From the NCBI GenBank assembly GCA_964639945.1, contig CAZXHY010000001.1, positions 9,527 through 73,526 of the forward strand: a stretch of 64,000 nt of DNA, written 5' to 3'. The notes under the pieces were generated by a model. That model was not told the DNA's origin. It saw only the letters and a list, made by a program, of their open reading frames with translations, and did not search any database. Below, in pieces: positions 58,475 to 64,000 of this stretch (position 1 is its first letter; each line of letters opens with the position of its first letter). The stretch is from an uncultured Gammaproteobacteria bacterium (GTDB lineage Bacteria > Patescibacteriota > Microgenomatia > UBA10105 > UBA927). The position numbers and the translations under genes are program-made.

Positions 58475-59011
58475 TTACTTGAACTGCACAAATACTCCAT
58501 ACTCCTCGAAAGTATTTTTTCGTGCAAAGTGTTTTATGGTAAGAACCTCTGAGGTTGGCATTCTTTCATTATCCGCATTTAATATGAGGTCAATATCAGA
58601 TGGTAGATTTCTGGTTCCATGACCTTTTGTGACATTTCGATGTGCATCTTCCAAGGTGTATTCCATGGGGTAGATGCCCAATCGTGGACCTTTTGCTCTG
58701 TTTAATAAAAGTGATTTTAAGATAGGTAATCTGAGCACAGATGCCGTACTTCCAAACAAGTTCCACTCTCTGATGCGTAGACCTGATGAGATGAGACGCT
58801 TACGCAAAAACCTCAATGATTCTTGATAGTTTTGTAAGCAAAGTTCTTTTGCGTGCATATCTTGTGCCACTCCAAATTCATTAAGTGATCCCGAGAGCTG
58901 CGTCAATAGTCGTTCGCGGTGAGTTCTAGTGTGCTGTTCACCTTCGTGACGAAATAAGTCCATATGCCTAATACTAACAAAACATACTGTAGCTGTACAC
59001 GCGATAAACAT
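58475..59011 (-). CDS. Hypothetical protein with a nucleotidyltransferase-like 'GS...SDIDL' motif (atypical spacing)
   Basis: 'LFGSTAS' ...52 aa... 'LPSDIDLIL'. Spacing is much longer than in canonical minimal NTases, so the call is tentative. Confidence 0.3.
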   Translation of the reverse strand: MFIACTATVCFVSIRHMDLFRHEGEQHTRTHRERLLTQLSGSLNEFGVAQDMHAKELCLQNYQESLRFLRKRLISSGLRIREWNLFGSTASVLRLPILKSLLLNRAKGPRLGIYPMEYTLEDAHRNVTKGHGTRNLPSDIDLILNADNERMPTSEVLTIKHFARKNTFEEYGVFVQFK

Positions 59012-59109
59012 TGGTTATAGATAATGATATCCACACGATGTGAAATATCTCACAATGTATCCCATAGTATATTGACTTTACTTGTCATTGCTCGTAAAAT
59101 ACACCTCTT

Positions 59110-59673
59110 ATGTTAAAGACTGCCCTTGTTGCGACAATATTGTTTATCGGCTCCCTCACACAACCGATCGTCTCACGGACAACGGATACACTCCGAACCA
59201 TGACGACCTCTCAAGGGAAAGTTCGACCGACACCTAAACCACCACGTAAGCCTACTCTTACTCCAACTCCAACACAGATACCTACGCCTACCGTGACACC
59301 GACTCCTACGCCACAGTCCACAGCCACTCCAACACCCACACAGACACCTACACCTACCGCGACACCTACACCAACGCCATCTGTCGGCATCACTTCCGTC
59401 ACAGTACGTTTTTGTAGTGAGAATTCAAGTTGCAATGGTTGGCTCACGATAGTTGATGTAAACGGGTACGGGTTCGCTACAGATTCCCGAGTAACTCTAA
59501 AGATAAGCGGGGTAGAGTCCTACTATAGCGGATCTTATACGGGAGGGAATGGCAGCACACGAATACTTACAGATTTTTATTTTCTTCCTCACTGCACTTA
59601 TTTTGATGTGAAAGTGGCGGGATCTTCAGGGATTGTGACTTCGGCCGCTCAGATCGCCTCAGTTTGTCCGTAA
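59110..59673 (+). CDS. Secreted/anchored protein with Pro/Thr-rich linker and C-terminal Cys-Pro
   Basis: N-terminal signal/TM. (TPTP)n linker of about 60 aa. C-terminal domain ends ...SVCP. Same architecture as 44538..45122. Confidence 0.55.
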   Translation: MLKTALVATILFIGSLTQPIVSRTTDTLRTMTTSQGKVRPTPKPPRKPTLTPTPTQIPTPTVTPTPTPQSTATPTPTQTPTPTATPTPTPSVGITSVTVRFCSENSSCNGWLTIVDVNGYGFATDSRVTLKISGVESYYSGSYTGGNGSTRILTDFYFLPHCTYFDVKVAGSSGIVTSAAQIASVCP

Positions 59674-59674
59674 C

Positions 59675-59699
59675 CGCCATTAAGGCGGATTCTTTTGCT
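59675..59699 (+). terminator. Rho-independent terminator
   Basis: ccgcc-attaa-ggcgg followed by 'attcttttgc', starting 2 nt after the stop codon. Confidence 0.65.
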
Positions 59700-59838
59700 T
59701 GTATAGGTGTTGGGATGAGATTGGAAAGAAATTAAACAAAAATCTTTGAATTCAATCCAATTGAAATATCATTATAAGATTTTTGAAACCATCTACAGAG
59801 CAAAACCTATTTTTTGCAAATTACATTTAAATGTTCAT

Positions 59839-60090
59839 TTAGCGAACCGAAGAGTAAAGTATGATCAATCCAATTATAAGAATTAATGCACCGAACATAT
59901 GAATAAAACTTGCTATAACAGGAGTGATTGGTTTATTTCTAGATAACAAATTTCCGATTGATGGATACGATCTAGACCATATTCTGTATCGCTCCATCAT
60001 ATCGCGGGGAATAAAAATAAAGAAAGTGCCAATAGCAATATATATTATCGAAAATACTGTATTGTCCATGAATGAATTATACTCCTTCAC
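59839..60090 (-). CDS. Small integral membrane protein (83 aa)
   Basis: GGTGAAGGAG lies 12 nt upstream of the ATG. Two TM helices. Confidence 0.45.
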   Translation of the reverse strand: MKEYNSFMDNTVFSIIYIAIGTFFIFIPRDMMERYRIWSRSYPSIGNLLSRNKPITPVIASFIHMFGALILIIGLIILYSSVR

Positions 60091-60118
60091 CTTGAGGGTG
60101 TCATAGGATCTTTTCGTT

Positions 60119-60136
60119 TGTACCCCCAGTCGGATT
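60119..60136 (-). repeat. 18-nt direct repeat of the tRNA-Glu 3' end
   Basis: 'tgtacccccagtcggatt' at 60119-60136 equals 60363-60380 (tRNA-Glu T-loop 3' part through discriminator plus 'AC'). Flanks show a further ~17 nt of degenerate similarity. Confidence 0.8.
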
Positions 60137-60330
60137 TGGTTGGATTACCAACCACTCACCAGCAGTATAACTCTCCTTCGACAAGCTCAGGATCGTTAAC
60201 TGCTGGATTGTCTCCTTCGGATTTCCCCTACGGGGACTGATGGTTCGTAAACTCGCAAATCAGAATTTACTTGTAAACGAACCAGTCAGCGGACCGGCAA
60301 GCCGGTTTAAACCCCGATGAGATAGACACA

Positions 60331-60359
60331 AAAAATCCGCCGTTAAGGCGGACTTTTTT
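60331..60359. terminator. Bidirectional terminator hairpin adjacent to the tRNA-Glu 3' end
   Basis: aaaaaa-TCCGCC-gttaa-GGCGGA-cttttttg. Nearly the same hairpin as at 59675. Confidence 0.7.
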
Positions 60360-60363
60360 GCGT

Positions 60364-60438
60364 GTACCCCCAGTCGGATTCGAACCGGCGATTCTCTGGC
60401 TGAAAACCAGATGTCCTAGGCCGCTAGACGATGGGGGC
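60364..60438 (-). tRNA. tRNA-Glu (anticodon TTC)
   Basis: Reverse complement is GCCCCCATCGTCTAGCGGCCTAGGACATCTGGTTTTCAGCCAGAGAATCGCCGGTTCGAATCCGACTGGGGGTA. Anticodon loop is TTTTCAG. Closely resembles bacterial tRNA-Glu. It has a G1-U72 pair and one T-stem mismatch. Confidence 0.7.
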
Positions 60439-60564
60439 GGTATGTGAATTGTACCAAAAATCAGGCTACTCGTCATGATACCTAAAAAATAACGCCCAAA
60501 TCGGTATAAAACCATGCATATCATGCATAGTCTATACAGACGGGCGTTGTGATACATACTTCAT

Positions 60565-60981
60565 TCATGTGCGGTTTATGCGAATAATAAATTTTAGCAC
60601 TATGCCTAACGTTCCAGACAGTATCATAGTCAGGCAGAAATTCATAAAAAAATACCAAACAAGGCCTTCGCCGTATTCTGCGTTTTGTAAATTCGCGAGG
60701 CCGTAAAACGGGACACCGATAAGCATCACGTGCCAAAACGCTGTGTAAAAGCAGATGATCAACCACCATGAGGGGCTTTCCTCAAGTCCAAACACAGTGG
60801 CCGCAGTGAGTATGAGTATCCATGAAAGGAAATTCATGAAATCGTCATCTGCCATTTTCGTGGGTGATATCATGTATGTGGCAATCGGTGCTGCGATACT
60901 GATAATCAGTGCAGTAATTTTTAGTAATTTTTGTATAGTTTTTTCTCTTTTGTTCTGTTGTTGTTTTTTTAGAAGTTGCAT
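60565..60981 (-). CDS. Hypothetical integral membrane protein (138 aa)
   Basis: Four hydrophobic segments. Confidence 0.45.
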   Translation of the reverse strand: MQLLKKQQQNKREKTIQKLLKITALIISIAAPIATYMISPTKMADDDFMNFLSWILILTAATVFGLEESPSWWLIICFYTAFWHVMLIGVPFYGLANLQNAEYGEGLVWYFFMNFCLTMILSGTLGIVLKFIIRINRT

Positions 60982-61238
60982 AATAATCCTCTCTTTTCCG
61001 AAAATAGTGGGTGGGTTAAATAAAGCGCTTCAGCGTGTAGTAGTTTCTACACACCAAGGCGCTTTATTTACCCCAAGAGAGGTACACAATGTAGAAATAT
61101 GTAAATGTGCGATTGATTGCAGCGCTTTTCGGTTCAGCTGTAGACCCGCAGCGGTGTAATCGGTGAAAATTATACCGTAGAGAGCGGGATAAGTCGAATT
61201 TGGCTTAAGCCCTTCACAGCGTGCTGTATAATATATTC

Positions 61239-61538
61239 ATGTCAGAGAAATTAACCGCAGCTCATGCAGCTGCAAAACTTGCTAGAGAATTGGTAGACGC
61301 GGGGAAGATGTCCCGTGAGGAAGCTATTCTTTTTTCAAACTGGATAGATCTAAAGGTGAAATTAGGACAGCTTCCAGATGATGCGGTTATGCTTGGGCTT
61401 GTAGAATCAGGTGAATGGAAGACCGCCTCTTCTAGTGGTGCTTTTCGTCGAGCAGGGAGAGTAATGAGTGTTGGCCCTTGGGGAATTTCTTTAGATGTAT
61501 TTAAACCGTCTAGGTACTATCGCAGACGTAAGTCCTAA
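61239..61538 (+). CDS. Hypothetical protein (~100 aa)
   Basis: ORF only (MSEKLTAAHAAAKLARELVDAGKMSREEAI...). Confidence 0.35.
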   Translation: MSEKLTAAHAAAKLARELVDAGKMSREEAILFSNWIDLKVKLGQLPDDAVMLGLVESGEWKTASSSGAFRRAGRVMSVGPWGISLDVFKPSRYYRRRKS

Positions 61539-61621
61539 TTATCTCAGTTTCGGGTATTTTATAGTATTTGATCTATTTCATCCTAGTTGACCGCCTATCC
61601 TTTCGGGTTTATTATGGTTTT

Positions 61622-61876
61622 ATGGCAGAAGTGATAAATGAATCCGTGTCAGTAGCCCTCTGGAGCAATCAGGCAACCAAAACGATTTTACCCTACAGCG
61701 TGTATTGGCATGGGAGGCGATATCCCATCACAAAAGTCGGCTTTCACCACACTGTTCGGTTAGGACGAGTGCTCACCCATATCTTTTCGGTTACCGATGG
61801 GAGTACGTTTTTCAAACTTATTTTCGACACCGAGACACTTATGTGGACATTGGCCGAAGTTGAGACACAAAATTAA
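61622..61876 (+). CDS. Small hypothetical protein immediately upstream of the Y-family polymerase
   Basis: ~84 aa starting MAEVINESV. In the position occupied by YolD/UmuD-like accessory genes in other genomes, but no sequence evidence. Confidence 0.3.
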   Translation: MAEVINESVSVALWSNQATKTILPYSVYWHGRRYPITKVGFHHTVRLGRVLTHIFSVTDGSTFFKLIFDTETLMWTLAEVETQN

Positions 61877-61911
61877 CAAATTGACCAAGTAACAAATTAA
61901 CAAAACAACGT

Positions 61912-63216
61912 ATGGAATTTAATTCTGCGCCCCCAGTTATCATGCACGTGGATATAAATTCCTGTTTTGCGACGATAGAGCAGCAAGCCAATCCAGCACT
62001 TCGCGGCAAGCCTGTGGTGGTTGCAGCGTATGTCACTGGCAACGGGTGCATCCTGACAGCATCAGTCGAAGCCAAGCGCATAGGAATAAAGACAGGTATG
62101 CCAGTGCGGGAGGCTCGATACATCTATCCGCGGCTTGTTGTGCTCCCCCCAGACCCAGACAAATACCGCGCGGTGAACAAACAGCTTACCGCATTGCTTT
62201 CGTCTTACACGTCGCACCTGAGTGTCGAATCTATCGATGAGATGGTATTGTCGCTTGCAGATACACCAGCGCTTACTAAACTGTTGCTACAGGGATCTAC
62301 GCATTTAGATGCGATGAAAATGATAGCATCTGAGATAAAAGCCAGAGTTCGGGCAGAGATAGGGGAGTGGATTACGGTTTCGGTAGGTATCGCCCCCAAT
62401 CGGTATCTAGCCAAAGTTGCTTCGGGATTACAAAAGCCCGATGGATTACGGTGGATCACGCGAGAAAACATTGTAGAAGTTTTATCTGTCATGCAGCTTA
62501 CGGATTTGTGTGGCATCAAAGAGGGGAATGCAAATCGTTTGCATAGTGTCGGTATCTACTCTCCACTTGCTCTCTACCAATCTCCTTCTGATCTACTCGC
62601 GCGGGGACTGCGCTCTATCGTGGGACATCATTGGTATTTACGACTTCATGGATGGGAAGATGGCGCACGGTACACATCATTTGGCAATTCAGAAAGTTTT
62701 GGTGATTCGGATAACGTACATTACGAAGAGCCCAAACAAAAAAGTTTTGGGCAATCCTATGCATTGCCTGTGGCATACGTGCCGACTGATCCTAAGCTTT
62801 GGCAAATACTTGCACAATTGGTTATGAAAATGGCTAGACGGTTGCGGCAAGATGGTTGTTCGGCGCGGGGAATATCGGTGTCGCTTTTATATGCCGATCA
62901 CACGCATTGGCACTCTCAGGAATTGCTTAGCACTTCCCTATTTGCGGATAGCGATTTTTTTCAGCACATGCAGCGAGCGCTTATGGGGGCGCCAGATCGC
63001 ATGGTACGAATACTTGCCATCACGTGTTACCGATTAGAAAAGGATTTGTATAACCAGCAGTCGCTTCTCGTCGAAGACAATCGGAAACAAAATCTCACGG
63101 TAGCGTTGGATGCAGTGCATGACCGATTTGGTGCATTTGTGGTGACCACCGCTCGCATGCTTGCTATGGAACGCAAAGTTTTGGATCGCATAGCTTTTGG
63201 AAAAGCATCACTGTGA
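61912..63216 (+). CDS. dinB: Y-family DNA polymerase (DinB/Pol IV-like translesion polymerase)
   Basis: 'IMHVDINSCFATIEQ' (motif I), 'SVESIDEM' (catalytic SIDE) and 'SVGIAPNRYLAKVASGLQKPDGL' (motif III/HhH) are canonical DinB motifs. Confidence 0.8.
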   Translation: MEFNSAPPVIMHVDINSCFATIEQQANPALRGKPVVVAAYVTGNGCILTASVEAKRIGIKTGMPVREARYIYPRLVVLPPDPDKYRAVNKQLTALLSSYTSHLSVESIDEMVLSLADTPALTKLLLQGSTHLDAMKMIASEIKARVRAEIGEWITVSVGIAPNRYLAKVASGLQKPDGLRWITRENIVEVLSVMQLTDLCGIKEGNANRLHSVGIYSPLALYQSPSDLLARGLRSIVGHHWYLRLHGWEDGARYTSFGNSESFGDSDNVHYEEPKQKSFGQSYALPVAYVPTDPKLWQILAQLVMKMARRLRQDGCSARGISVSLLYADHTHWHSQELLSTSLFADSDFFQHMQRALMGAPDRMVRILAITCYRLEKDLYNQQSLLVEDNRKQNLTVALDAVHDRFGAFVVTTARMLAMERKVLDRIAFGKASL

Positions 63217-63254
63217 GCTATATTGCTTGACAAACATTTGCTAGACGGCGTATC

Positions 63255-63445
63255 GTATCTTTTGAGAGTCTAAATCAAGAGTGACGGTGAGAGATCTCGC
63301 TCAATGATCCGTCCGGCAACCGAGGAAATGTGCCCACGGTGCCCCAACGAGTCCTGACTTATGTCGGGGGAGATTTGCCAGAATAAGGAAAAATTCTATC
63401 TGGCTTCCCGTGAGGAAGCTTATTTTTCTTCTTAGGGCGAGAAAG
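63255..63445 (+). promoter_or_regulatory. SAM-I (S-box) riboswitch with terminator expression platform, in the metK leader
   Basis: 'ATCAAGAGTGACGGTGAGAGATCTCGCTCAATGATCCGTCCGGCAACCGAGGAAATGTGCCCACGGTGCC' matches the S-box core consensus (AUCAAGAG.GG.GGAGGGA.UGGCCC.AUGA..CCCGGCAACC...GGUGCC). Followed by the terminator gcttcc-cgtga-ggaagc plus 'ttatttttctt' (63403-63430). Confidence 0.75.
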
Positions 63446-63452
63446 GATCTAT

Positions 63453-64000
63453 ATGATCAAAACCAGTTTTACTTCCGAGTCGGTCGCCAGTGGGCATCCA
63501 GATAAAATTTGCGATCAAGTGTCAGATGCGATTGTGGACGCAGCACTAGCTGCTGATCCGATGGCGCGAGTTGCGGTAGAGACACTTGTCACGACAAATC
63601 GTATTGTACTTGCGGGTGAAGTGACGTGTAAGAAAAAATTAGATTACGAAAAAATAGCACGGAAAACCATTAAATCGCTTGGGTACACAAAAAGCGCATA
63701 TAATTTTTCTGATAAATCACCCATCTCTATCTATATCCACCAGCAGTCGAGAGACATTGCTCAGGGTGTCGATGACGGCGGTGCTGGAGATCAAGGGATG
63801 ATGTTTGGCTATGCGACCAACGAAACGCCAGAATATATGCCTATGCCGCTTATTATCGCGCATCGCCTCGTAGAGCGCATGGACAGCTTGCGAGAAAGTA
63901 AAGCGATGCCCTATTTGCGACCAGACGGCAAAAGTGAAGTAAAAGTAAATTACGAAAACGGAAAGCCAGTAAGTATAGAGCGTATCGTTTTGGCGGTGCC
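63453..64000 (+). CDS. metK: S-adenosylmethionine synthetase. Partial: C-terminus lies beyond the window end.
   Basis: Own translation from ATG 63453: MIKTSFTSESVASGHPDKICDQVSDAIVDAAL...GGAGDQGMMFGYATNETPEYMPMP, a canonical MetK N-terminus. Runs off the window. Confidence 0.9.
   Translation, partial: MIKTSFTSESVASGHPDKICDQVSDAIVDAALAADPMARVAVETLVTTNRIVLAGEVTCKKKLDYEKIARKTIKSLGYTKSAYNFSDKSPISIYIHQQSRDIAQGVDDGGAGDQGMMFGYATNETPEYMPMPLIIAHRLVERMDSLRESKAMPYLRPDGKSEVKVNYENGKPVSIERIVLAV

Noticed and set aside
59700-60360. Possible RNase P RNA, tmRNA or signal recognition particle RNA in the low-density interval
   Set aside because: Hallmark motifs (P4 AGGAAAGUCCG, the tmRNA tag ORF with a tRNA-like 5' end, signal recognition particle RNA GGAAGCAGCCA) were not found on either strand. 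Kept only as an unclassified structured segment.
61170-61200. 12-mer 'gagcgggataag' identical to part of the tRNA-Gly 3' repeat
   Set aside because: Only 12 nt, and flanks diverge immediately. Most likely coincidence, not a third att copy.

Overview
This 64 kb window is a compact, mostly housekeeping region from a small bacterial genome. The gene set looks CPR/Patescibacteria-like or like a reduced Gram-positive-type lineage: MurT/GatD cell-wall amidation, a truncated AtpH, giant GT-C membrane proteins, a Kelch propeller and many small hypothetical genes. GC content is roughly 45-50 %. The core content is:
- a minus-strand operon at the 5' end of the window: TspO, DUF2177, DUF1295, a conserved hypothetical, SulP permease, NUDIX hydrolase and a partial RlmI-like methyltransferase;
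- four tRNAs: Gly-CCC, Asp-GTC, Lys-TTT and Glu-TTC;
- PolX, LemA/HtpX and the MurT/GatD lipid II amidation pair;
- a large GT-C-like membrane protein divergent from a Kelch beta-propeller protein;
- a gatC-gatA-gatB-dnaE co-directional block whose first gene looks leaderless;
- a complete F1Fo ATP synthase operon (atpZ-B-E-F-H-A-G-D-C) with a truncated delta subunit;
- CBS protein, pyrG, rplS, a GT39/ArnT-like glycosyltransferase, YraN, a MOSC protein, NADAR, a FemAB/GNAT-like acyltransferase, two PIG-L deacetylases, msrB, a cold-shock protein and YggT;
- an array of small SD-led membrane/stress proteins (GlsB/YmgE-like), a cupin and an 'accessory-like' stretch (49.7-54 kb) of small hypothetical genes;
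- a PNP/DUF1003 operon, tandem DUF1801 genes, a Y-family (DinB-like) polymerase, and a SAM-I riboswitch driving metK at the 3' edge.

No CRISPR array and no recognisable transposase or integrase gene was found. The most unusual signals are:
1. Short (17-24 nt) direct repeats of tRNA 3' ends, each spanning the last 3 nt of the T-loop through the discriminator plus 2-9 nt. They lie 95-230 bp downstream of three different tRNAs, enclosing small non-coding inserts. The tRNA-Lys locus also carries a 5'-end duplicate upstream. These are att-like scars with no element present.
2. A pair of clearly paralogous Cys/His-rich small proteins (131 and 129 aa) of unknown family, 18 kb apart, both embedded among hypothetical genes.
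3. A TspO-DUF2177-DUF1295 operon, a leaderless gatCAB-dnaE block and several duplicated families: PIG-L, DUF1801, HAD, NUDIX and PT-linker secreted proteins.

All annotations are inferred from translated-sequence motifs and sequence inspection alone. No database searches were run.
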